Shown piece by piece: positions 41,922 through 52,700 of a stretch of DNA of 64,000 bases (position 1 is the first letter of the stretch; every line of letters begins with the position of its first letter). The translations under genes were made by a program, and so were the position numbers. Origin of the DNA: Naegleria gruberi (taxonomy: Eukaryota); assembly GCA_000004985.1 (NCBI GenBank), contig GG738866.1; one strand, given 5' to 3'. The notes beneath the pieces are model-generated. The model was not told the DNA's origin. It worked only from the letters and a program-made list of their open reading frames with translations, and did not search any database.

Positions 41922-42989
41922 ATTTAAATCCCAACATCTCAGTGCCTCCTCATCACTTCCACAATAAAGATATTTATCCTTACTAACACAAAGTGAAAAT
42001 ACTTGCATTGAAAGTCTTTCAATTGTTCTTAATAATTTGACACTCTTATTTGATGCATCGAGAGAATATTGACAAATAGTTCCATCTATTGATCCACTGT
42101 AAACATGTGATCCAATAACTTGGCAAGATGTAACCTTATCAGAGTGTTCACTTAATGAAATAATTGGTTCACTATTTTCTACTGAAAATATTTTTACATG
42201 ATTCGAATTATCTCCACTCACTAAAATATCATTTTCCACACTCAAGCAAGTAATATCTGAATAGTGACTATTATATCTTTTCTCAATTGTGTATGAATGA
42301 TCATCATTCAATGAAAGTGCTTGTAATGAACCATTTGTAGATCCAACAAATATTACAGATTTATCCTTAATTTTTCCAACATGACAACAAAATGGTGTGC
42401 CAAAATTGGTTGAAATTGAATTAATTTTACAATGTTCCGTACTATCCATTATATGAGATCCAAATGAACTGGTATTTCCTCCAAAAGATGATCCACTCAT
42501 AATATCAAAACTATAACTAGATACATTACTATGGTTATTGGTAGATGAATCATCAGAACCAAGTTTCCTAATATCCCAAACATTTAATTTAGAATCTTGA
42601 CCAACACTGTAAATTAAATAATCATTTGAAAAATCATTTAAATCACTCCAACATGTTAAATCATTCACTCCAGAAACATGTTGTAATTTACCAACACACT
42701 CCGATCCAACTCCATTTCTTGAATCCCATAGTCTAATAGAGTGATCAGCACCTCCAGATATTATTAAATTATTTCGGAGAACAGTTAGGCAGGAAACAGT
42801 TGAATCATGACCAATTAAAATTCTATCACAAACTCCTTGATTAACGTTCCATGTTCGAACTGTGTGATCATTTGATCCAGTAATTGCTTGATTGGTGAAT
42901 GGACAAACTTTCACAACACGAATAAAATCCTGATGACCATAAAGAAGCGCTTTAATTTTAATATTGGAATTGTTTTGTAACCAAGACAT
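41916..42989 (-). CDS. WD40-repeat protein of unassigned family.
   Basis: The ORF is 357 aa with at least five WD-like repeats (ITGSNDHTVRTWN, IISGGADHSIRLWD, YSVGQDSKLNVWD, LVSGDNSNHVKIF, YSGSIDGTICQY). Confidence 0.55.
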   Translation of the reverse strand: MSWLQNNSNIKIKALLYGHQDFIRVVKVCPFTNQAITGSNDHTVRTWNVNQGVCDRILIGHDSTVSCLTVLRNNLIISGGADHSIRLWDSRNGVGSECVGKLQHVSGVNDLTCWSDLNDFSNDYLIYSVGQDSKLNVWDIRKLGSDDSSTNNHSNVSSYSFDIMSGSSFGGNTSSFGSHIMDSTEHCKINSISTNFGTPFCCHVGKIKDKSVIFVGSTNGSLQALSLNDDHSYTIEKRYNSHYSDITCLSVENDILVSGDNSNHVKIFSVENSEPIISLSEHSDKVTSCQVIGSHVYSGSIDGTICQYSLDASNKSVKLLRTIERLSMQVFSLCVSKDKYLYCGSDEEALRCWDLNL

Positions 42990-43096
42990 TTTTTTCTAAA
43001 ATTAAACCACATTCAACAGATCAAAAGTGAAATAGTGAGGTTTGTACAAAATGGATTTTATGATACAGTTTATTGAGTTTTAAAAAGAGATAGTAT

Positions 43097-44029
43097 TTAG
43101 AAAATGATAGTGTTAAGCATCATACCAAGAGTTTGGTTGACGTTAGAGCCCATCAAAGTTTCAACACTGTTTTCCAAGTGTCTCTTGGAGTCTAATTTAC
43201 CAACATTGGCTAATTGATATTCTTCTCTAGAGGACTTTCCTTCTTCTTGAACCATCTTGTTATAAGTCTTTGCTAATTGAACCATACTCTTAATTGTCTT
43301 TTCAGTTTCCTTTTCATGTTCGTGGAAATCAACTAATTTCAAACCTTCAGTCCAAGTCTTTTTGTGAACGTGTAATAACATTTCTTGTTCCAATTCATTC
43401 TTACGATAAGAAATTGGCATTGAGTAATAGTGACGATTCAAACCGTGAATCAAAGCTTGTATAGTTGGCTTATTCAAATGACCTTGGACACTTGTTGATT
43501 GACGTGGTTCTTGACCAAACATGGCCAATTGTGGATTAATAGTACGGAAAGCATCGATAACAACCTTACCCTTCACTGATTGAATAGGGTCAACAACTAC
43601 AGCTACCGATCGTTTAGTAAGGGATTCAAATGACTGTTGTGTATTAATATCGACACTACTCAACCAACATCCAAAACCAGGGTGAGAGTGATACCATCCG
43701 ACAACCATTTCTGGTCTTCCTGTTTGTTTCAATAATTCCAACATTTTAGTTTGAAAGACTGGATCAACAGCTTCGACACTGACACCAGTACCGCTTTGTG
43801 GCATGGCGAAAACATCAATACAACGAACTGTATAATCATCAATAAATTCTCCCAACATTAAACCCATGACTTCCATAGGAACACCAGCACGACCGTGTTT
43901 TAACATTTTAAGGAGAGCCAAACTACTAATTGTAACTGTTTCAGCTGTATCGGGAAGAGGTTGATCACCTTGCATACCTCCTCCACCACCCATTTGTTGC
44001 ATAATAAGTCTTTGCAAACGTGGATCCAT
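43097..44029 (-). CDS. RPN11: 26S proteasome lid deubiquitinase RPN11 (PSMD14/POH1).
   Basis: The MPN+/JAMM motif is present ([10 protein letters not shown]...[23 protein letters not shown]). The protein is collinear with Rpn11 over about 300 aa. Confidence 0.85.
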   Translation of the reverse strand: MDPRLQRLIMQQMGGGGGMQGDQPLPDTAETVTISSLALLKMLKHGRAGVPMEVMGLMLGEFIDDYTVRCIDVFAMPQSGTGVSVEAVDPVFQTKMLELLKQTGRPEMVVGWYHSHPGFGCWLSSVDINTQQSFESLTKRSVAVVVDPIQSVKGKVVIDAFRTINPQLAMFGQEPRQSTSVQGHLNKPTIQALIHGLNRHYYSMPISYRKNELEQEMLLHVHKKTWTEGLKLVDFHEHEKETEKTIKSMVQLAKTYNKMVQEEGKSSREEYQLANVGKLDSKRHLENSVETLMGSNVNQTLGMMLNTIIF

Positions 44030-44390
44030 TGTTTATATTATTTGTTGTTTTGTATAAAGATGATGTCCTTTTGATGATGAAAAATACAATCCAAATTCCT
44101 CCAAAGATTAACCTCGATTATTTTTTTCTATGCTTAATTTTTATTTTTAGAACAAGCTTCCTTGCTTTTATTAAAATTAATCCAACATCTTCCATCATCG
44201 AACATTATTCGCTTTTCCATCATGGCAAGGGAAGTACAAAATCCACACCATAGTATTCGGTACGAAATTTAATTCACTACCGATCAAAAAGATTGTGTTT
44301 CATCTTTTGACTATTACATGACGTGTACTCTATTCTATGCCAAAATCAAAAAAAGCCTTCATTATGAAATTTTAAATTTAAAATTAAAAA

Positions 44391-46787
44391 ATGAGCAGTG
44401 CTGAATCTTCATCTATTGCCACAACACCATCAACAACAGCAGAGGAGGAACAAGTTGTTGTGCAAGGACCACCAGCTAAGATTCACATCAAGCTTCACAT
44501 TCTTCAAGTTATTAAACAAAAACAAAACGAAAATGGTTTAAAGCATTTGGATTATGGTTACTATAGAAGATATTGTACAAAGAGATTGCGTAAACTTAGA
44601 TCTTTGTTGAATGCTAAGCATAAGAAGGAATATAAATTTGCTCAAGCACCAAAGAAAAAGAAGGGAGTTGCTTCTACTACAGCCACTACTGTTGAATCAA
44701 CAACAACAATTTCGGAAACAACATCAACTGATTCTATTCAAGGCATCAAAAATTCTACTCTCTTTAACCAACAAAATTTCACTGATAAGATTGTTAATCA
44801 TTACAGAGAAAAGAAACAAGTTGAAACTAAACAATTCAGAGAACAAGCCAAGAGAATGTTGATTCGTGAAAATGTTGAAAAACAAATTCAAGAAGAGAAG
44901 GAAAAATTATTGGCTTCCTTTGTTAAAAAGAAAAAGAAGGAATCAACAAAACCAACTTCCAAGAAGGATGCAAAGAATATTCAATATGATGCTGAGTTTT
45001 TATCTGAATTATATGCTCGTCTTAATACTAATCCAGAAATTACTGAAGAAGCTATTGAAGAACGTATTAAAAAGTTGTCAAACCAATCAGGAAATACTAC
45101 TGAACAACAAAATGATGCATTTGAACATGTTCAAGGAGATGAAAGATTCCTTCACTTGATTCTCGTTCAAGCTGAAAGAGCTTGGAGTCACTCCAAACAT
45201 TTGAAGAATGAAACAAAGCAAGATCCTGATAATTCTCGTATCAAATTCCATCAATTGAACAGATTGAAGAAGGCTGTCAAATGGTCTAAATTATTGCTTG
45301 ATTACTGTAACATTTATTCTGATGACCAAAGAACAATTTTGGAAGCTGAAGCTTACAATGCCTATTTATTGGGTACTCTTTATTTGGAAAAGGAATCTTG
45401 GGCTGAATCTCTTAAATTATTCAAACAATCACAAACTGTTTATGATCAATTGTACAAAGTTTTGACCTCTATTCCACAACAAATTAGAGACGAATATAAG
45501 AAACAAGTTGCTGAGATTAACAATTATTGCAGATTGTGCGAATATAACTTGAAGAAGGTTGAGGGTGGTGACATTTTGTTGCAACAATTGGAAAGCTCAT
45601 CACAAATCGATTTGCTTCAACTCAAGTTAAGCCAAGTTAAGGATGCTGAAAATAAGAATTTACCACAACAAACTATTGAATGGGAAGGTGTTATGACTAT
45701 TACAATTCCTAATGAAAAGATTAGAATTAACTTGTACAATGGACGTGCTTTAGAAGAAGCTGAATATAAGACATCTGAAAGCAAGTTGAGAGCTTTCGAT
45801 AAATTGTTTGGTATTTACAATGATACCATGAGAATGATTAGAGAAGAAATGAAACTTGTCACTGTACCAAATACTCAAAAGAAGAATACTCCACAATCCA
45901 ATTTGTCCAACTTACCTCAAGCTGAACAATTGAACCAATTGAGATTCCTCCACAGCTATGTCAGTTATGTTTTAGGCACAAAGACTATTGAAAGAAATGT
46001 ACTCATGCTTCAATCTTTACTTGATAAATTGGATACCATTCAACAACAAGTTCAAAAGGTTGAAAAGAAGCAAAAGGCATCACCAATGGATACTATCAGA
46101 TTATTTGATGGTTTATTACAAAATGTTAATGACTTGACAGAAATGTTGCAAAGTATTAACATTAATCAAGAAAGTTCTGCAAAATTACAAAAGGATTTGA
46201 ACGAAAAGAAGACATGTTTCACTGCTTACAGATGTTATTATATGGCTTGCTCCTATGCTACTCTTCAAAAATGGACAGAATGTCATCTTTTATTAGAAAA
46301 GAGCGAAAATTTATTGAAAGAAGTTAAGAATACCTTTGGTCTTCCAGATCCAAAGGGAATTTTGGATGAAATTAGAAAGGCAAAGATTATTTCAAAGGCT
46401 CAACAAGTTTTGTCAAAGAAATCAGGTACATCATCTATACTGTCAGCTTATGATAGTGATGATGAAAATAATGCAAGTAAGACTAATACAGAATTACTCA
46501 AGACTATTACAGAAAAGCCAATTACAGAAAGACTCGACAAGTTTATCAAACCAAACAAGGTTGTTCTTGATAATTTGAATTCTTACAATCTCGTTCAATT
46601 ACCACCAAAGTACAAACTTATTCCAGGTAAACCAGTTTTCTTCGATATTGCCAGTGGTTTGGTATCTGAATACCAAACAGAATATATTGATGAACAAATT
46701 GAAGAATTATCAAAGACTGAAAAACCAAAGGAACAACCAGCAACAACAGAAGAACCAAAGAAGAAGGGTTGGTTTGGTTTGTGGTAA
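44391..46787 (+). CDS. SRP68: Signal recognition particle subunit SRP68.
   Basis: The blocks HILQVIKQKQNENGLKHLDYGYYRRYCTKRLRKLR...ERFLHLILVQAERAWSHSKHLK...RIKFHQLNRLKKAVKWSKLL...AEAYNAYLLGTLYLEKESW match the SRP68 N-terminal RNA-binding region. Confidence 0.75.
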   Translation: MSSAESSSIATTPSTTAEEEQVVVQGPPAKIHIKLHILQVIKQKQNENGLKHLDYGYYRRYCTKRLRKLRSLLNAKHKKEYKFAQAPKKKKGVASTTATTVESTTTISETTSTDSIQGIKNSTLFNQQNFTDKIVNHYREKKQVETKQFREQAKRMLIRENVEKQIQEEKEKLLASFVKKKKKESTKPTSKKDAKNIQYDAEFLSELYARLNTNPEITEEAIEERIKKLSNQSGNTTEQQNDAFEHVQGDERFLHLILVQAERAWSHSKHLKNETKQDPDNSRIKFHQLNRLKKAVKWSKLLLDYCNIYSDDQRTILEAEAYNAYLLGTLYLEKESWAESLKLFKQSQTVYDQLYKVLTSIPQQIRDEYKKQVAEINNYCRLCEYNLKKVEGGDILLQQLESSSQIDLLQLKLSQVKDAENKNLPQQTIEWEGVMTITIPNEKIRINLYNGRALEEAEYKTSESKLRAFDKLFGIYNDTMRMIREEMKLVTVPNTQKKNTPQSNLSNLPQAEQLNQLRFLHSYVSYVLGTKTIERNVLMLQSLLDKLDTIQQQVQKVEKKQKASPMDTIRLFDGLLQNVNDLTEMLQSININQESSAKLQKDLNEKKTCFTAYRCYYMACSYATLQKWTECHLLLEKSENLLKEVKNTFGLPDPKGILDEIRKAKIISKAQQVLSKKSGTSSILSAYDSDDENNASKTNTELLKTITEKPITERLDKFIKPNKVVLDNLNSYNLVQLPPKYKLIPGKPVFFDIASGLVSEYQTEYIDEQIEELSKTEKPKEQPATTEEPKKKGWFGLW

Positions 46788-46815
46788 ATAATTTATTAAA
46801 GAAATTTCAATTATT

Positions 46816-49476
46816 CTATTTGAAAATAGTTTCTTCTTCTTTAGCAACCATTGATTGATTATACTCCTTTGTAAAGAAGTGTTTGATGATTTGAATTTTT
46901 CCTTTGAGTTGTTTCTTTTTCATTTCCATTGACATGTGTTTTGGAGAACGTAACAGAACATCAGCAAAACCTTGAGCTAACGAATCTGGACTCAAACCAT
47001 TAGCATCACTGTTCATTAAAACTTCACGTAAGAAATTCATTACATAATGCCAAACATTGTAATGAGTTGGTGATAGGTTATTCTCTATTAATTCTCTACA
47101 ACTATCTGGATTAAACCATTGTTCCATTAAAACTCTGTATAATTTTGGTGGAATAATTGGGTCTACTAGACTTTCAAAAAATTGAATCAGACAACTACAA
47201 ACAGAGTGAATTGAACCTGATGTGAAATGTTTAGAAAGTGACATTCCATTGTCAAGTAATTCTCTACAAGTTCTAATTTGATCTGTTACTCCTTGAACTT
47301 GGAATAGACCCTCTTCTCTAATTCCATATTTTACAATGTGATCACAGAGGAAGAATAATTCTTTAGGAATGAATAATCTTTCAATGAGATTGTCATTCTC
47401 ATCATAATATTGTACAGTTTTACATTTTGGATCTCTGACACTAGTGAAACATTCAACTAGATTATCAAGTGAATTTCCAAAACAAGATTTTAAATAATTT
47501 CCATAAACTCTGATTGGATGATCTTTTCCATTATCAACATGAATTAAAAGATTATCTTCAAATATTAAAGGTTTTTGAGTATCCATTAAATTAAATTGTG
47601 CAGCACTATTAGCATTGAAACAACAAATAAATTCAATTTCCAATGTTTCACCTGGTATTAATAATCTACGAATGGATGAAATGGTCAACCAATCTTGACA
47701 AATTTTCTCATCTAAACCTTTCTTTGTAAAGAAAAATTCAGAAACAACAGAACCAACATTCTTAACAAGTAAAGTAACTGATTGTGGAACACCAAATTTA
47801 GCATTTTCAAAATGAATTTCATTAGCAGATAATTGTATAGTTGGTTCATTGGATGGTAAACTGTTAATAAATTGATTTGTTGAAATTTGTGGTGTTTTTG
47901 GAAATAATTGTTCATATTCTCTTGCAATTGATTCTCTTGTTTGTCTAAATTTATGTTCAACTTCAATTTGAACATCAGTTTCAAATATAGAACTAACAGG
48001 TAAATGATCACTCATTAATAAATTTAAATGAGTTTGATAACATAATTGTTTAACTGAATCTCTTTTAACTCCCTTCCATAAAATTCTATCAGTATATGAA
48101 GGAATACGTCTCTTTTCAGATGTATCAAATGTTAAAGTACCTGGATCATATTTATAGGTTGGTGGAAATGTAATTCTACCTTCTTTAAATCCCATAAAAA
48201 CACGTCCACTCATCTTTTCAACTGTCAATTGATCATATTCTAATAGTGATTTATATTGTTCTTGAACAACATATTCTTCCACTTGATTTCTTTCTAAATT
48301 ATCAATACGATAATTTAAATCTCCAAACCAGAAAAAGTAATCATGTTGATCAGGTAACATGGATTGTCCCATAATTGATTGATTCAATCCTTGAAGTGGT
48401 GATGATATTTCATTATTATTACTATTACCTGATAATAAATTACCACTACTATTATTGCTAGAATTGTTAGATGTGTTGGAATTATTGGTAGCAGTAGTTG
48501 GTGAATTTAAATTAATAGTTAAAGTTGATGAATTATTTTCATTTTCAATTTTAGCAAATTCCAATTGAGTGAAAATGTCCATAAAATTTTGATTTCTCTT
48601 TTGAATGGCACCTTGATGAGGAGCCAAGTGAGTTGTTACAAAACACATTGTTGTCTCTGCAACTTTTAAACGTATACCAACAGCACCCTTATTACCCATC
48701 ACACCCATTGCACCCAAAGCCAATGAAACAGCTTGAACATCTCTCACTTGTGAATGAAATTTTTCATTAATAAAGAGACAACAAAACATTCCAACAAGTT
48801 GCTTATCTGCTAATCTAATATATTTAGATTTAGATGAACATTGTAATTCAGATTCTAATACTTGAATCCATTCTAATTTTGATTGAGTTTCTTTTTTTAA
48901 CATTGCTTCTGCTGTCATGTCAATTTCTTGTAATCCAATTGCAATAATATCAGGTTGTTCATTTAAATGTAACCATTCATCAATTGGATCAATATGTAAT
49001 ATTTTATCTTGTTCTAAATCTGTTAAATTGGATGTTAAAATTGGTTGAATCATTTGACTTGCTGAAATTGTTGCTTGATCAATTAGTGATTCTGTTAAAT
49101 CATCTGTACTTGATCTACTCAGTGTGGAAAGTAAATTTCTTTTACTACTGCTACTGCTACCTCCAGATGGTTGAGGAGGAGTTGATGATGATGATGATAA
49201 ATTATTGGGAGTATTTGGAGTGGTTGTTGTTGTTACTTGTTTCTTTTTTCCGAAAATATTTGGTAATTTACTATTAACATTCCAAGTACCAATGGCAATT
49301 TTAAATTTATGATTTTCTATAAAATTAGAACGACGTTGTTTTAATTGATTTTGTATGTATTGATCTTTCTTTGATGAAGTTAATAATGATGATGATGAAT
49401 TCTTTTGAACATTAGTTGGTAAACTAATGGATAGATATTGTTCCATGTCATTACTAGCAATTGCTGAAGACAACAT
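46816..49476 (-). CDS. Inositol polyphosphate 5-phosphatase with a C-terminal ASH and RhoGAP-like module (OCRL/INPP5B or Dd5P4 type).
   Basis: 5-phosphatase catalytic motifs are present (FWFGDLNYRI, PSYTDRILWKG). A RhoGAP-like C-terminus follows (ELFFLCDHIVKYGIREEGLFQVQGV...). Confidence 0.75.
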   Translation of the reverse strand: MLSSAIASNDMEQYLSISLPTNVQKNSSSSLLTSSKKDQYIQNQLKQRRSNFIENHKFKIAIGTWNVNSKLPNIFGKKKQVTTTTTPNTPNNLSSSSSTPPQPSGGSSSSSKRNLLSTLSRSSTDDLTESLIDQATISASQMIQPILTSNLTDLEQDKILHIDPIDEWLHLNEQPDIIAIGLQEIDMTAEAMLKKETQSKLEWIQVLESELQCSSKSKYIRLADKQLVGMFCCLFINEKFHSQVRDVQAVSLALGAMGVMGNKGAVGIRLKVAETTMCFVTTHLAPHQGAIQKRNQNFMDIFTQLEFAKIENENNSSTLTINLNSPTTATNNSNTSNNSSNNSSGNLLSGNSNNNEISSPLQGLNQSIMGQSMLPDQHDYFFWFGDLNYRIDNLERNQVEEYVVQEQYKSLLEYDQLTVEKMSGRVFMGFKEGRITFPPTYKYDPGTLTFDTSEKRRIPSYTDRILWKGVKRDSVKQLCYQTHLNLLMSDHLPVSSIFETDVQIEVEHKFRQTRESIAREYEQLFPKTPQISTNQFINSLPSNEPTIQLSANEIHFENAKFGVPQSVTLLVKNVGSVVSEFFFTKKGLDEKICQDWLTISSIRRLLIPGETLEIEFICCFNANSAAQFNLMDTQKPLIFEDNLLIHVDNGKDHPIRVYGNYLKSCFGNSLDNLVECFTSVRDPKCKTVQYYDENDNLIERLFIPKELFFLCDHIVKYGIREEGLFQVQGVTDQIRTCRELLDNGMSLSKHFTSGSIHSVCSCLIQFFESLVDPIIPPKLYRVLMEQWFNPDSCRELIENNLSPTHYNVWHYVMNFLREVLMNSDANGLSPDSLAQGFADVLLRSPKHMSMEMKKKQLKGKIQIIKHFFTKEYNQSMVAKEEETIFK

Positions 49477-49793
49477 TTTTTTGTGATGATTTTAAGAAAC
49501 TCACTGACACTTGACAGATGATGTTGAATCCAGGAAGTAAGCAATTTTGATTTTCAAATTTAATAATTTGGAATTTTTAAAAAACTAATTATTTACAAGA
49601 CTATTGAACAATGTTACAACTATTCAGTTGAACTTTTAAGGTTTCTTACTGAAAAATCAATTGTAAAATTTAACTGGAATGTATTCAATAAATGATACCT
49701 AATTAACACTGTTTTATTCATTCATTAAATATATTTGAAAATGATATTAACTGAAACGCTGCGGTATTCTAAAGGGTATTAATAGAGATGAGA

Positions 49794-52700
49794 TTAAGAA
49801 AGGATGAGAGACATTACAACATCAATAGTGTCATCTTGTGTAGTACCATGAGAAACAATCAACAACTTTAAAACATGATGCAAATGCTCTGCGAGTTGAG
49901 GATAGAAAAGTAGGAAGGAATCAATGAATCGTTTGTCTTGGAAAATAGCTTTTTCAAAGTTTGTTTCCATAACATAGATTACTTCATTTTCAATATCTGA
50001 ATGGATATCTCTGGATATTTCACATGAATTTCCATTTCCTATAATTGCTGTGACTGACAAGCTTTGAACTATTTGAAGATCCATTTCTTTTGGAGTGAAA
50101 CCTTGACGAGATAGATACTTATTGATATTTTGAACCATTACCTTAAATTTCTTCAAAATATTATCACAATCTGTAGTGGATGGTGTAGTCTTTGGATGCT
50201 TGTAAGAAATCGTATCACTCAATGGTTTAATTTTAAAAAATTGGAGAAAGTGTGATAATTCTGTTACATTTCTAACAAATAAACAATCAACAACATTTTG
50301 TAATTGTTTGTAACTTTCCTCATTATCACAATAATAAATTGCTTCTGAAAAATGTATTCCCTTATCACTTCTAAAGATCTTGTAGTTATTACAAAAGGCT
50401 CTGTCAAGTCTATCATTCTTGATTTGGCGATTGATCTCTTTGTATAAAACTAAACATTTGTTGTCAGCATTATCAGTATCCTTCTCGAGCTTTTCAATTT
50501 CTTTACAAATAATGTGGAATGGAATTTCTTGAGAAATATCAAAATCATTATACTTATTATCGACTTGTAATAAATTCAAAGCAGGAAAATCAACCATTAA
50601 TTCAGGGCTCAGTATCTTGAATAATTCTGTTTTCTTGTGTTTTCTATTGTGGCAAACAATCAACCCATTATCATAAATAAACTTGAGCATTTTCTGTTTG
50701 TAACAAGTTCTCTTACAATATTTCCAAACATTAAGAAATTGATCATCGGTGATATTATCAGACAAGAGGAATTCTCTAATCTTCTCCTCAGGTACAACTC
50801 TTTCCTTGTTATTGTCTTTGTATTTCACAAGATTTGACAATTTACCAAACCTCCTGGATAGATCAAGTTCCCTAAAGAATGGAATATCTTTCAACTCTAA
50901 TAAATCCCAAATCATGGAAGATGGAAGTGAAAAACTAAAACCTTCAGAAACAAGCACTTCTAATTGGGATAGTTCTTTGTTGCTTAATTTTGAAATGTCG
51001 TTCACTACAATACTGTTCAAGTGCGTCTTGAGGATTTGACAAAGATCTGGAAGTGTTTTGATATCATTTGATTGAATTACATTCTTAATAATAGTACTAT
51101 TAGGAAAGTAATTATATAAAAGTAATTCGTTAACTTCAATAGGGAATACTTCTCGCATTGAAAGATCCCAATACATTTTGGAAAGCGGTATCTTCTTGTC
51201 ATTGTTAGCAGTTACATAAATTCCACTTAAAGAAACAATGGCTGTTGAAGTAGAACTCCTTCGTGTATTGATAATAGCTTCTATGAAATATTGTTGGTCG
51301 CTTTTTGTTGGATTTTCATCAAGCAAAATAGTTTCATAATGACTTGTGGAAAGGGTATTGAGGATGGAGTTAATCTCACCATATTTGTAGCTGTTGTGTA
51401 TTTCTTTCCACTCAGGTCTGTACTTTTGAAGCTTTGCATCCATGGAGTAGAATAGATTGTTATCTAAAACAACGAATTCACCATTTGTGGTTATTAGTAG
51501 TGGTTGTGTTTTGAGTAACTTTTGAATGTGTGTGGAAAATTGTGATTTTAAACCATGTACAATAGATGACACACTTTTTGTTTTCATGATTAAATTTTGG
51601 TAAGCTTGTAGATCTTCTTTTTTTGCTCTCAATCCTTCTTTCAACTTGGCGTTCTTGATATAAGGTAAATAATCAATGGTATCACTGAAAATCTTACGTA
51701 GATCGGGATCATAAAGATTTTGAATATTCTTGTTCAAGAAATTGTGAATACCATTGATTTGGTTCTGGAATAATGAAAAATTATTGTCGAAATATTCTAT
51801 CAAGCTCTCTAAAGTTTGGTATTGTTTTCTGAGCTCCTTAAATTCTAATGTTTCTTCATAATTATACGAATATGATTGCTGTCTAAAAAGAGTGGGAACT
51901 GTTTTTGTTCCCAACTCTATCAAAATATTCGATATGTTGTCAGTGCTGTATATTTCATGCTTTTGCTTGTATAATATTTGTACAAGACTTTCCAAATCTA
52001 CAAACTTGGCTTTTTCCAAATATGATGTATGTTTTGAATGGATATAACATTGATTTGGGTGCAGCCACTCTCCATCTCGTGTCAAGCAAATTGGGCTTAC
52101 TAATGTCTTTCTTTCATGAAAGAGAACAAACAATTCTTCGTTTGATAATACATGTAGATTTTGGATATGTTGAGTGGTAGATATTAAGTGTTTGTAATCT
52201 TTTAAGGATGTATCAAGACAGTGATTGGAAGCTTTTTCAAGAAGTAAAAGACTGCTTTTAGATAAATCGCAATCCAAAATGTTTTCGGATGGTTTTACAA
52301 GTTTCTGAAGTCTTGTTGGTACAATTTCAAAATCCAAAGACTTGACACCAATATTAAAGTGTTTAAATAATTTGTATAATTGTACAATCTTATCAAATTT
52401 CAAATTGTATGGAAGGTTTTTAGCTAGATTAACAACATGTTGTTTCTCAAACTTTGTAAAAAGTTTATCCCATTGTTTGAACATTAGCTTTTCATTTTCA
52501 AATTTCGTGTCAATACATTCCTTGTTTAAAATAATAAAAGTTGTTTCAATTCCAAATGCTTCATAAGGATTGATAGGTGAATTACCCATTAATATAATAT
52601 TGGAGGGTTTTTCAAAATATTTAGTTTGACCTCCCAATAAAGGAATACAATCAATATTTTGTAATAGATTAATTGTTTTAAATTGTACATTGCTGAAATG